Below, in pieces: positions 23,608-36,475 of a stretch of 64,000 nt of DNA. Each line of letters begins with the position of its first letter. The stretch's first letter is position 1. Position numbers and translations under genes: made by a program. This DNA comes from Callorhinchus milii (taxonomy: Eukaryota), in NCBI RefSeq assembly GCF_018977255.1, contig NW_024704743.1, positions 65,970,001 through 66,034,000 of the forward strand. The letters run 5' to 3'. The notes below the pieces were generated by a model. The model made no database searches. It was given only the letters and a program-made list of their open reading frames with translations, and had not been told where the DNA came from.

Positions 23608-24580
23608 TCATAGAATCATAGAAACATAGAATCGTGCAGCACAGAAAGAGACCATTCGGCCCATCGTGTCAGCGCCAGCTCCGAAAAGAGTTATCCAACT
23701 CAATCCCACTGGCCCGCTTTCTCTCCATAGCCCTGCAATCCCATCCTCCCCAAATACCCATCTACTTCTCTCTTAAAAGTTGTTATTGAATCGGCTTCCA
23801 CTACCCTTTCAGATAATGCATTCCAGATCCGAACAACTTGCTGGATGAAATTTTTTTCCTAACCTCTGTTTCTTTTAACAACTAACTTAAATCGGTGTCC
23901 TCGGGTTACTGACCCACATGCCAGTGGAAACAGTTTTTCCCGGTTCAACCTATCAAATCCTTTCATGATTTGAAAACCTCTATTAAATCCCCTCTTAATC
24001 TTCTCTGCTCCAGGAAGAATAATCCTAGTTTTGCTAACCTCTCCTCATAACTAAGGTCCTTCATTCATGATACCATCCTGGTAAACCTCCTTTGCACCCT
24101 CTCCAATGCCCTAACATCTCTCCTAAAGTGCGATGCCCAGAACTGAACGCAGTACAAGCTCAAGCAGCCGGAGGCACCTCCTACAACATGTTTGTCCAGA
24201 ACACATGAACCATTCTGGAGTTCCCACATGGCACACAGGGTGCATGGAATGGGTCTCACCTGTCCTGCCAGGTTTTCAGACATGTTTTGTAATATATCTC
24301 AACAGTTTGGGGGTAAATAGGTAAAAACAAGTAATCTCATACCTTTTATTCCCTTGCTCGCACTCCTGATAAACTAAGCGCCTACTCAACACTTACCGTC
24401 ACAGGAATGTGATCTTTTGTGCAGGCTCTTGGGTTTTTGTTTCTCTTTACAAGCTCTCACCTGCACCGAATTCCCCCTCTGTACTGAATTCCCATTGTCA
24501 CCTAATACCCAAACAGAATTCTCACTCTGTTCCTCCTCACTCCATTCCCTCCTCATTTTCCTGGACTCTTTGTCCTTACC
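23608..24580 (-). mobile_element. Internally deleted CR1 LINE (5'UTR and ORF1 N-terminus joined to ORF2 C-terminus and tail)
   Basis: ORF 24065..24283 reads AGQVRPIPCTLCAMWELQ...HV, then YCVQFWASHFRRDVRALERVQRRFTRM; 8-bp TTCTATGA-type tail repeats at 23608-23633. Confidence 0.85.
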
Positions 24581-25934
24581 ACTATAATTTTGTTAGAATC
24601 AATTGGTAAATAACACACATATATATTTTCTCCCCAGATGTGGAGGAGAGAGTCTGCTACTTTCAATTAATTACCTGTTTAACTCCAAAATTTAATTTAT
24701 GTGAAATTGTTGGACACAGTGCAACCAAGACGAATATCTTGCTAGCCTCCTTTTGTTACAACACTCTAAAACCACAATAAATTGATAGGAATGAAACCTG
24801 TGAATTTTGTGAAAAATAATGCACGGAAATTTTAAAAAAATGTATTTAAGTAGAGGTGAACAGTCAAGTGTAAAAACAGTGACTAAAATACAATTTTTAA
24901 AACTTTAAGGTCAGTGAAAGAAGTAAATTCAGCTACTGGCCACAGATTATTTCACTGCTCAGATGTAGTCGTTTCCACATTGATGAATCAGCTTGCACTT
25001 CACCAAAAGAAATAAGAAATATAAATAAAATATAAATAGCAAAATCACTCACTTCATGTGAGCCAACGTGCATGCTTTCTATACATGTTATAGTGTAGCT
25101 TTGCTGTCATATATTGTGCTTTACACCATATCAGCAGCATGTACTCTGTTTGGTCAATGTTTGTTCCTGATTGCCTGGATGCACCGATGAGACACAATTA
25201 TCTATTTCCCTTGTGTGTACGCAGTCACACTGGTAACTATGGTTTGAGTAATATCCTGTGTCCTTTGCTGTGATTTGAGTTTCAGACTGTGTACAAATAC
25301 ATATTACCATTTCAGTTCACTGATGGAAGTGAAATGTTGTTGCTGGAATTTTATTCTTATAGTGAAAAACCTACTGCTGCTAATTTGCAGTTCTAAAAGA
25401 GCATACATAATGCATAAAAAATGTGCAGAATATAGATATATAAGTCCGATGTTCTGTATGTATTGTATTCATACCAAGTCCTTTTTTTATCATAGTGACC
25501 ATTTCTGTCTTTCAGTGGACACACCTGTGACCACTTGATTTTGTTATAGCACCTGATCACAATGTTGAGACAGCACTGATTTATTCCATGCCTCATGCAT
25601 TGGCCAGGGTTTGAGGAGAATTTGTCAAATGTACAGTCCAAGGAGCTCCAATAAATGTTAGAATGTTTATGTTGTTAAATCACGTTTGACCCACTGGCTC
25701 TCCCACAATATTAAAAATTGTTCTTTAAAAGTTCTGGAATGGTCCATTGAACTGGGCTTCACCTTTAAGTCTCCATTCATGATGAGAACTCTAATCAATT
25801 GAAGCCACATGATTTTTTGTGTATTTATATTGCATATAGATATTTAAGTATTCATTATTATTCCCAGCTTCACAGAGGTGAAAGTGAATATTGGTGACTT
25901 GGCTGGTGAATTACGAATACATTTTAGAAACATG

Positions 25935-26095
25935 GCTGTAAGATGTGAGTTGGTATTTGAGATATGCTTATGAGATGTGAATGAGTATTGGAGATGTGAT
26001 TAGGTGCGGCAGGATATTGGAGATGTGACTGTGAGGTGTAAGTGAGTATTTTAGATGTGATGACTGTGAGATGTGAGTGGGTATTGGAGGTATGG
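25935..26095 (+). repeat. Degenerate minisatellite (GAGATGTGA...GTATT units)
   Basis: Repeated GAGATGTGA, GTATTGGAG and CTGTGAG blocks. Confidence 0.7.
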
Positions 26096-26552
26096 CTGAC
26101 TGCCTCTCATTGCTGGAATTAAAAACTGGAATTAGTACTGCACATTCTATACATCAGCAACTATTTAACAGTTAATTTGGTTTAGTGTTTTGCTCACAAC
26201 AGCAACTCCTACCTTCTGAATGTTCTGATGATTTTAAAGAATAGTGTTCAAGAACATTTACCTGGGAAAGTCTGGCTCAATTGGTAGGAACTTTTGCATT
26301 TGAGTCAGAACATTGTGAGTTGAAGCCCAATGTTGGTGAGTGAGTAGATCTCTGTAGGTTGACTACAGTTGGCCTCAGTGTGTATGGGCTGGGAAATGAA
26401 GGGAAAAAATCAGTCAGTATTCCTTTTCCTGATTGATATCATTTGGTGAGGTTAGCATTAGCCTCAGGTGCCTAGGATTAGTCTGCTGAACTCACTATAC
26501 AGGCTTTTATGTTAGAAATGGCTAATTGAGCAAGGTACAAAGAATGTCTGTA

Positions 26553-27130
26553 AATTCCATGCTTGTCGGCCTCCCCAACTCCTCCCTCCACAGGCAGCAG
26601 ATCATCCAGAACACTGAAGCCCATGTCCTCTCCCACACCAGACTCCGCAAACTTATCACCCCCATCTTCGCCTGGCTTCACTGGCTCCCCATCACTCAAA
26701 GGATACAGTTCAAGATCCTGTTCCTCATCTTCAAAGCCCTCCACGGCCTTGCTCCTTCCTACCTTTGTGACCTCCTAATCCCCTACCAACCTGTTTGCTC
26801 CCTCTACTCAGCAGGCTCCAGCCTGCTTCATGTCCCCTGCCTTGCCCGCCCCACCTTTGGTGGGTGGGCCTTCAGCCTCTCTGCCCCCACCCTCTAGAAC
26901 TACATCCCACAGTCCCTTCTGCCTCGCCCCCTCCCTTACTTCCTTCAAGACCAGTTTGAAGACCCTCCTCTTCGGCTGTGCTTTTGGTTACCCTCCTATC
27001 CCTACCCTCCCCACCCTCTATCCCTCCTGATCCCAATCACCAGTTCAGGTGCACATCCCCAACTGTCCAGCACCTTGAGACATCCTCCTGAGATGAAAGA
27101 CCCTATACAAATGTAATTTGTTGTTGTTGT
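26553..27130 (+). mobile_element. L2 3' fragment
   Basis: ORF 26526..26897 LHWLPITQRIQFKILFLIFKALHGLAPSYL; stem-loop and (TTG)n tail. Confidence 0.92.
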
Positions 27131-29254
27131 CTGGTATCCGAAGAACTGTGCCCCAAAATAAGATATTGTCATCAGAATTAAGGGGAGAAATGATTAGGAT
27201 TAATAAAAACTGGTGTACAATAATGATTTATTCAACAATGCTAATTGTCACTTACCAACTCCATAATTTAGTTTTTTTAATGAATGATGATACCTTGCCA
27301 AGCAAAGCAGAAAAAATGGACTGTTTCAATAAAGTTAGTTTGTTTTAATAAGAGCCATACAATACAATACAAAATTACATTTGTAAATCGCCTTTAATGT
27401 CAGGATGTCCCAAAGCACTGAGCCATTTCAATTTTTGAAGCTTCATATGGAGAAATAAGACTGACTATGAAACTCATTATTTTCACAATTTACACACACA
27501 GTTTCAATGATAAATAGATTCAGGTTTTCAATTTGTTACTCATTTCAGGTGCAAATTAAATTGCATTGAATTAATGTAGCTCAAGTGAGCACTGAAGTGA
27601 TTTGATTTATTACCTACTCTGAGAAAATACTATTCAGGGTGGGTCAGGATAAAGTTTAATTTATTCTGTAAGTTGAATAAGCGCTTAGATATCTACTGCA
27701 GCATTAACTGGCATTAACTGGCAGCACAATAATTACTTATGATACAGAAGATAAGTTAGAATGTTTTCAGTTTATTTCTTGATTGATTTATGGCATAAAA
27801 CAAGAAATATTCGATCAAGAACATTTAGTTTGTTCATACAAAATTTGTTTGCTGAAAGTGTGTAAATGGGGACTCCTTCCTGCAACCTGAACCACTGCCA
27901 CAGATTGTCAAAAACTAATAGCTGAACTATTATCCATGAAGAAAAAGTTACCATTTTCTCTAGTCCACATATGTAATCAATTCTAGAAATTTTCTTTCCT
28001 AACCCTCCTCCATTTCTATTCCATCAATACGCATTCTACTCAAGGACACACTAATGCAATGTAAATAAATAATAAACAACAACAACAATATTACATTTGT
28101 ATAGCGTCTTTCACGTCGGGAGGACATCCCAAGATGCTGGATAGACAGAGTTACGGACCAGTAAGGCATGATAAATTTGATATAATGCCTTTGGTGTCAA
28201 GAAGGTGACTCAAAGCACATGCATGTAAAGTGAAAGTGTAGTGACTGCATACTGTGTAGGCGAATGCGGCAGCCAAGTTGTGCACAGCAAAACTGTAAAA
28301 TATGAACTTTTGAGATCAAAAGTACTGAGTAGAAGATGATCTCCTTTAAATCATTTTAATTGCGACCAATTATTTCTCTGTGCTGTATTGCTAAACCGGT
28401 TTTCAATATTTTAAGTGGTCTGTTTCTAAAATTGTGATCAACTGTTTGAACAATTTGCCTAGGTTTAATAATTGCTCCCAAGGATATACAGCCTGAGTAG
28501 AGGATTGGCTGAAAGAAATGGACAGCAAATGATCTGAAATGCTTGGCCTTGAGGAAGCTCCTTGGGATGTTTTGAACCATTTTCCTCAGGCTCTACTGAC
28601 AAATCTGAGCATTTGTACATTGTCAGATCATAGTTGCTGCTCTTTTATTATTTTTTCTACAAAAGCTTTTCAAGGACTGTTATGTTATGCTTCTTGGACT
28701 CTGACATCTACCATCAAGTTTACAATCCTTAACAAAAAAGAATACTTGACAACCAAAGTGAACCATCTAGGGTCATTCGAGACCCAACATATGTTTCCCG
28801 TTCAAATTTCCACCTGGGTCTAGATTTACTCTATTCAGACAGTGTGCAAAATGAATGAATTCAGGCTTAAGTTTGAGGCTCATTTTCTGTAGACCTAAAA
28901 CAAATTCATGGAAATCCGGCTCCAAAATTAAGGTTGCATCTAAGGGTTTGTTAAAGTCTGGATACTTTGAAATGATAAGAAAATAAATTAAATTTAGCCT
29001 CCAATGGTACTTCCACCCTACCACTTGTACTCTTATTGATTTGCTTCCTGGAAACTCTGGTTTTATGGACATTGGAAAGAGGTCCGTTATGCAATATATA
29101 TTAGAGTAATGAGGATACTCCAGCATTTGAGGGGCGATGTGGAATGTCCAGGTGATTTAGTGCTTCTCAGCTTTCAAAAGAGCCTAAGAGGGAACATGAT
29201 AGAGGAAAATAAGATAGAGAAGCTAAACCCAAAGACGGCTTTTTCAGTGTACAG

Positions 29255-29485
29255 GACCACCACTCTCTGACACTCCATCCCTGAATCCCTTTGCCTCGAC
29301 CCTACTTTGCTTCCTTTAAGACTCATCTCAAGACATTCCTCTTTGACTCTCCCGCCCCCACCCCCCCTAACCTCCACCCGTCTTAATTCCAACTTCCAAT
29401 TTGGGTACAAACCGTTAACTGTCCAGTACCTTGGGATGTCCTTCCGACATGAAAGGTGCTAAATAAATGAAATTTTTTGTTGTTT
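29255..29485 (+). mobile_element. L2 3' fragment
   Basis: TTTAAGACTCATCTCAAGACATTCCTCTTTGAC...GGGATGTCCTTCCGACATGAAAGGTGCT. Confidence 0.8.
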
Positions 29486-30359
29486 TTCTTCTTCTAATAT
29501 GATAGCGAAATGGCTGAGTTTATCAGGAATTATGTGTGAAAGTATTTTTGTGAAAACTTCCTGTTAAAAGTTTTTGGCATTAAGGAAGCAATTTCAGTAT
29601 TAGACTGAATTAACCAGCATTAACCAGTATTCACTGACTATTCTTAAAATATAGAATGTAGCTAATTTGCACAGCTGGAGGACAGGTCACCAGTGTCTCC
29701 TCTGGTAGCTAATGATCTCAATACGAAAGAGACAGATGTGATCAAACACGTTACAGCTGCAAGTACCATTAGCCTTGAGTTTGCTAATGCAGGCATTGGG
29801 GACTGAAGTGCTCTGTTTCGTTGAGCTATTTGCACTTGATAGGATTCAAAGTGCTGATCACAAGAGACAAAGCTTATCTGCTGTTCATGTTGGTTGGGGA
29901 CTGCAGTTTGCATGTGATACTCATTGTCACATAGCCAGAGGTTGTGTTTGAAAGTGTCCTTGAAGGATTCAAATTAACAGTACAGTAAAAACTCTTACAT
30001 TAAACAACATATAATTACATTGTATAGCGCTTTTCACGTTGGGAGGACAATTGCATTGCCTCATTGTGGATATGAAAACAGGGGGTCTCTTTGCATTTGT
30101 ATTTGTGTTTGTGTCTCTCTCTCACTCTCCGTTATTGTCTTTCTGTTTCTCTATTTCTCTCTATTTCTGGGTTTGTGTTTCTCCCTCTCACTGCTTTTTT
30201 GACTAAATTTGAGCACTTTGCTTCCTGTTGCTTTCGGGAGAATCACAAACCCAGGTAACAATTCACAATATTACAAGATTGCTTTGGATGGAGAAGGCCG
30301 TTCAACCCATTTGATCTCATTCGAAGGGAATCAAATTTGCTTCCAGAACAACAACCCAA

Positions 30360-30491
30360 CCACTCCCCCCCAAAGACACGATTACCTCTGGGACACTGCT
30401 GTGTGCAACTGGCTTCCGCGCTTTGCACACAAAATATACAGTCAATTCACTTGATAAGGCGCTATATCAAATGCAAGAATTATTATTATTA
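30360..30491 (+). mobile_element. Truncated young SINE
   Basis: GGGACACTGCTGTGTGCAACTGGC...GCGCTATATCAAATGCAAGAATTATTATT. Confidence 0.75.
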
Positions 30492-30564
30492 TCACAGAAT
30501 TAAGCTGCTTTTTAAATAACTAGTGTCCCACCTTTCCTGGTAACCTGTTCCAGTCGCTTACAAT

Positions 30565-30850
30565 AATATAATATAGCACCTTATCACATAATCGAGATGC
30601 TTCAAAGTGCTTTATAGGATATACTGTAAAGTGTTTCTTTTGACTATGTGTTTTGTGGGTGAAATGCAGCTGCCAGTTGCTCACAGCAATGTCCCCACAA
30701 ACAACCATTGAGTGAATGATTAATTTTATTTGGGGATTTGTTGGCCAGGACACTGGGAGAAACGCCCTTCTCTTTTTGAATAGTGCCAACGGTTCTTTAA
30801 TATTCACTTGAACAGGCAGACGGGACCTCGATTTAACATCTTACCTGAAG
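30565..30850 (-). mobile_element. Deu-SINE, head missing
   Basis: Plus strand CACAGCAATGTCCCACAAACA...TTTGAATAGTGCCA...GAACAGGCAGACGGGACC. Confidence 0.8.
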
Positions 30851-32394
30851 AAGCTCAGCTATTTCGCTATTGTTACCCTCTGAATAAAGAAAAAAATCCT
30901 GATATCTGTCATGAAATTGCCTTTTACAACGCTAAACCTATGTCTTCTTCAATTGTCTTGTTCCATCTTAAAATATTAAACTGGGTTAATGTTTTCAGTC
31001 CCATTTAAAATTTTATACATATACATGAGGTTCCATCAGAGTCATCTTCTCTTACTGACTGAAAAGTCCTAGCTTGTCTATTTGCTGCCTATTTAAAGCA
31101 CTTTGAGACATCCTCCAAATGTGAAAGGTGCTATATAAATGTAAATGGTATTGTAACATTGAGGGCTAGATTAACGTAAATGATATTGCAACATACCTCA
31201 TAGTCCAATTCATGTAAGTGCAAAGTGCAGTGATGTGATGTTCTCTATGTTTTGCTTTAATAGTTTTGAACAAAATGCTTCTTTTTTGGGCTGGGGGGGA
31301 AAAGTCTGCTAGCTTAACTCTGCACGACTCCAAATCTTAGTAATTTTACATGTGATCTCGTAAAGACTTGTAGTTTATAGAAATGATCGCTTGCAGCTGT
31401 TGACCGATGCAGCAGGAAGGGAGCAGTTTAGCTCAGAAGACTTGCTAGTTAGATGGTGGCAACTGTCCCAGAAGTTGGGTGTGGAAGAGCATTACTTGAG
31501 AAATAACTAGGCCCAAAACATTCCCAATGTGGTAGGGATAGAGTACCTATTCCCTTTAATAATTAATGTAAAGTGTTATTTTTAAAAGGACGAGGCAAAC
31601 GGCACACCTTAAGTAAGAGGGTGATGATTTTATTAAGAACCTAGCTCCAGGCTGCTTAGCTTGAAGCACTGTTGTTAATAAACCAGAACACCATATGCTG
31701 GGTCAAGACATGCTGGGACAGGCATTTTATGAAGCTGTAGCCACCACCACGAGTAGAATTTAGTTAACATCCCAAGGGCCTATGTAACATGTTACTGGTA
31801 ACATATATAAAATTAATCATAAGGTTAAGTGGTTAAAATTTATCAGATAAGCAAATATGATGGATGGATTTAATGGTGCATTATATTTCTCCAGTTTGGT
31901 TCCAATGCAGCTGGTGGCTTTGGCACAGTTACTTATCTAGTTGTGCGATGCTGATGCAGAATGTTAATGCCTCACACAGCTACTTCAACAAATTTGCAAT
32001 GAAAAATCTGCTCCCAGGATTAATTAACTGTGGCGAATTTATCCCCATGAAGTTTGAAAAATCTTTACATGTTGTAATATCACATATGTTGCAAATTACC
32101 CCCATCTTGGGTGCCCAGGCAGCAATGTCAAGTGCTTTGCTGACATTTATACAACAAAAAGGGGGGGAGGGAGACGACGATAACTCAGAATAGCAACACA
32201 ATGACTATGGAGGTGTGCAGGTACCTGGGCTTGTGCCACCCCTCTTAAAGACACGTGCCCTCGCAATGCCCCCCCATTGACCAACCTCAGGCAAGCCATG
32301 TGATCTAAGTCTCATGCTCCCTGGCCCTAGGCCAGGGTTTCCACCCTCCTCAGCTCAGCCCCAGCACCCAAGAGATGGGGGTGCTTGTCACCTC

Positions 32395-32907
32395 CCTTTT
32401 GTGGGCGAATATAGCAGTCAATGTGCACACAGTGATGTCCCACAAACAGTTATGAGGTGAATGACCAATTTTATTTGGGGGATTGTTGGCCGAGAAACCA
32501 GGAGAAACTTTTCTTTTCAAATAGCATCAACCAGAAAAGGCAGATGTGGCCTTGGTTTAACATCTCATCCAAAAGACATCACCTCCAATAATAATAATAA
32601 TAATCCTTGCATTTGATATAGCGCTTTTCACGTCGGGAGGACGTCCCAAAGCGCTTCACAGAACACACTGTAAAGTGAATTGACTGTATATTTGTGGGCG
32701 AACGCGGCAGCCAATTGCACACAGCAATGTCCCACAAACAGTCGTAGATTGAAAATGACCAATTTATTATTGGTTTTGGTTTTGGAGGGATTATTATACA
32801 ATGTAGTGTATTGGGGTGTCAGCCTAGACTGTGAGCTCAAAGGCCCAATACGGGGCTTCAACTCACTGACTCACATGAGATTACTCCCAACTGAGCTAGA
32901 CTGAAAC
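32395..32907 (-). mobile_element. Old Deu-SINE interrupted by a 5'-truncated young SINE (32587-32797)
   Basis: Old core breaks at CACCTCC|AATAAT and resumes at about 32798; the insert is nearly identical to 6861-7080. Confidence 0.85.
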
Positions 32908-32959
32908 CAGTTATCCAAACAAGCATAAATCAATCCTGCTATAAACATTTATATAGCTC

Positions 32960-33310
32960 CTCCGTTGATTCAATGAATTTATTCAGTATGTAGCTGAGCC
33001 ATACATAGCAGAATGTTATGGATTTGCATCCTGGCCTGAGAAGAATTATCTGATCCCAGTTTGAGCAGTAAAAAGAGCAGCATATTTGGCTTCAGTACCG
33101 TGGGATTAGCAGCAAAAAAATCAACCAGGGTTCCTGACTTTGACCATTGTGATGGGGTATTATGTCTATCTGTCTGTTAGCATTAAAGAAAGGAAGTATC
33201 AGGGTTAGCTATACTGTTCCTTTTAGCCAAATCACCTGCCAGTTCTCATTGTCCAGATGGCTTGCTGACGCATGACAAATGGCCATATCGGTGAGCTAAT
33301 GGAGAATGAA
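32960..33310 (+). mobile_element. Ancient SINE-like repeat (AmnSINE2-like, tentative)
   Basis: GCTGAGCCATACA...AAAAATCAACCAGGGTTCCTG...CTCATTGTCCAG...AATGGCCA. Confidence 0.55.
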
Positions 33311-34214
33311 ACCCACAATACAATGCAATTTACACTTATATGGTGCCTTTCATGTTGGGAGTACGTCTCAAAGTGCTTAATGCTCCTGGCTGGGCACCCA
33401 AAAGGGAAGTGAAACCAAAAGGGTGGGGAGGAGAAAAGTGACTGAAAGCACGGTCAAAGAGGTGGACCTTGAATGAAGTGAGGGAGGAAGGCAATCAGAA
33501 GCTGACACCCAAAGTAAGCCAGATGTCTGCTGGAGATCAAGAGGAAAGGGAATCAAATTAAAACAGAAAATATTCATGAAAAAAATTGTACTTCAACTTG
33601 AGATAATGCATGATATAATGAGAGAACATTCGTGCAATTCCTTCAAGCGTTTTTCGTGGTAATTAAGACAATGAATGTCTTAAGGAATACTTGCAAATTT
33701 GTTACTAATTCCTCAATTAGCACCATTCTTTGGTACTTATTATTACTCAGTAAACTGTTCCTGATTCTGATTTTCACACAGTCAGCTGGTCGTTTGATGA
33801 TATAGAAAACCCAAGAAACTGACGTTGTGTGATGAGTTTTATGGTGTTGTTTGTAAGTCCATGCATGGATTTTAGCACAAGGATTTAAATCAAATTTCCA
33901 TATACTATTAGTGCTCTTCTATTGAATCTCATAATTTTACATTATTCCACAGTAAACTGTCTTTGCCACCTCTGTGATCATATTGGAGCTTCTCTATATC
34001 GTTCTAAATTTATGCACATTGATTACTTACAAAGCAGGTAAGGAAAGTTACAAACATAATAGCCAAACTAATCTCGGTGTCAGACTCCACTACTGTGAAG
34101 CATTCAGTGACGCTACCCCACGTGAAGGGTACTAGATAAATGCAAGTTGCTGTTGTTGTTGTAGTAATCTATGGCTAAGTTATTAACATAATAGCCAAAC
34201 AAAATTAGTCTAAA

Positions 34215-34456
34215 TCTAAGGAAGAACTTCTTCACTCAAAGAATGTATGGAATTCATTACCCCAAAGGGCTGTTGAAGCTCAGTCCTTGAACATATTCAA
34301 GACTGAGATAGATAGATTTCTTATTGCAAAAGGGGTTAAGGGATATGGGGATACGGCAGGGTTAGGTTATTAGCTGGAGTTAGATTAGAAGATCAGCCAT
34401 GATTGAATGGCGGGGCAGGCTCGAAAGGCCGAATGGCCTACTCCTGCTCCTACATG
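34215..34456 (+). mobile_element. CR1 3' end (tail continues at 34777-34792 after a SINE insertion)
   Basis: WNSLPQRAVEAQSLNIFKTEIDRFLIAKGVKGYG; GGCCGAATGGCCTACTCCTGCTCCTA; (TATGT)n. Confidence 0.9.
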
Positions 34457-34776
34457 TGGAGTCCTGTAGCTCAGTGGTTAGAGCACTCTCTTTGCAAGCG
34501 AGAGACCTGAGTTCAATTCCAGGCAGGGCGAAACCTTGGGCAAGTTTCCTTACTCCACACGCCTAATAAAAGTCCCTCCAAAACAAAAAAAACAATAATA
34601 AATTGGTCATTTTCAATCTACAACTGTTTGTGGGACATTGCTGTGCGCAATTGGCTGCCGCGTTCGCCCACAAATATACAGTCAATTCACTTTACAGTGT
34701 GTTCTGTGAAGCGCTTTGGGACATCCTCCCGACGTGAAAAACGCTATATCAAATGCAAGGATTATTATTATTATTA
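34457..34776 (+). mobile_element. Young tRNA-Ala SINE, short form, full length
   Basis: Intact A/B boxes, L2-type hairpin, (ATT)n; flanked by TACATGT on both sides. Confidence 0.93.
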
Positions 34777-34794
34777 CATGTTATGTTATGTTAA

Positions 34795-35226
34795 TGCCTT
34801 TATCATGTCTTTGAGACATCTCAAAGCACTTCACAGAATATGCTGTAAAGTGAATTGACTATGTTTTGTGGGCAAAACACGGCAGCCAATTGGCAACAGT
34901 GGTGTCCCATTAACAGTCGTGGATTGAGTGATCACTTTTTTTGAGGGATTATTACCTCAGGAAAGCCAATCGATTAACAACTGGGTTCCTATTTTGACTG
35001 TGTTTCAGTCACCATTTGGGTCCCCACCCCTTTGGTTTCCACCCCAGCTTGGGTGCACAGCCAGCAGCATTAAGCATGTTGAGACGTTCTTTCTGACGTG
35101 AAAGACATGAAAACAGAGGCGTGTGGAGTAAGGAAACTTGCCTAAGGTTTTGCCCCACCCGGGAATTGAACCCACGTCCTCTCACTTGAGAGGCAAGTGC
35201 TCTAACCAATACGCTACAGGACTCCA
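34795..35226 (-). mobile_element. tRNA-Ala SINE, long form, with a plus-strand L2 tail fragment at about 35010-35110
   Basis: Head at 35115-35226; internal block split by CCCCAGCTTGGGT...GACGTGAAAGAC. Confidence 0.8.
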
Positions 35227-36364
35227 CTCATTTTATTGCTACATTCAGCTTGTACTGTCATGTGCTTGTTATGCTCTACTGCTATTACCAGAAATACAAA
35301 TGCAGCATGCAATCTATAATTACTTTATAAATGTTAAGACAAGAGATCTCTATTTATTTCTATGAGTTGGGTATTCCACATCCCTAAATAAATACTTAGA
35401 AAAGACGTAACTGAATAGCCAGTTAAGGTCAGTTGTGAAATTTGGGTTTCTGATCATTAATAGAATTCAGAGCTGTTTTTTGGCAAAATGTGTGTACATA
35501 AAGGTCTACGTGACTTCATTAATTCTGTGACTGGAAGTCAGCAGTTTTATGTGTTTACCGGAAACCTTGCACAGTCATAGGCTGGACTACATACCCTGAC
35601 CGATAGCCCATATTCACAACTGACTTACTGGGGTCTACATTTTAAACTTAATTTTATTTTCTCTAATGTGTCACTGGAAAGATGAGAAAAGTCTAAACCT
35701 TCAAAAGCAGTGAGAAAATTAAGTACAATCAGTAATAATAATAAAAAAATGATAATCCTTACATTTGGTATAGCACCTTTCACGTCAGAAGAATGTCTCA
35801 AAGTGCTTCACATGATTTGTAATAATTAAGAGGGTTGTGAAGAGCACAGGGATTATCAGATTTTTGACTCGGTAATAACACAGTGTTTCAGGATCCATAA
35901 AATTATACACTGTGATTAAAATTACTTTAGTGTGGTTTTGATCTGAGATCAGAGCACTCACCAAGCAGCTGTGCATTTGCTATTTTTTTCTGTGAAACTA
36001 TAGTGGATCCACAGAAAAAAATGGCAAATATACAGCAGGTTAGTGAGAAAAAATGGAAAATAGTGTCCCCCTCCAGCTACTGAGCCATCCAGTTGCTGCA
36101 GGTTTAATATCTGGCTTCTGATGTGGATTGTCCGACTTTTTGTGCTAGAAACACTCAGGAGAGTGTTCTCGGCTGATGGGTTGGTTTCCTGTGCCCTGAG
36201 TTCATGTGTAGGAAGCCAGTCACTCCACACTGGTATTCACAGATGTTCCACATTTTTGGTAACCATGGTCCACAGGAGTCCCACATTCTGAGCAAAACAC
36301 GTGTTCTAGCAAGACACCTGATATTTGGGTTGTCTTGTATTAATTGTTATGTTTGTCAAATTTT

Positions 36365-36475
36365 GGGGGCATCAGCCAGATGTCTGACAGATGGGGAAAC
36401 CCATCTCCATGCTTAAGGCTTTCCAAACCAAATTGAGAATTACAGACATCCCACCGACACATGGAAATTCCAGAG
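36365..36475 (+). repeat. Unassigned dispersed repeat, copy A (others near 46545 and 60741)
   Basis: TGTCTGACA...CCATCTCCATGCTTAAG...TCCAAACCAAATTGAGA...ACACATGGAAAT. Confidence 0.65.

Noticed and set aside
25935..26095. CRISPR-like array
   Set aside because: Degenerate eukaryotic minisatellite with no unique spacers and no cas genes
34457..34530. tRNA-Ala gene (also at about 7115-7186, 17621, 52490-52560, 61572)
   Set aside because: No proper acceptor stem or terminator; each runs into a SINE body and tail
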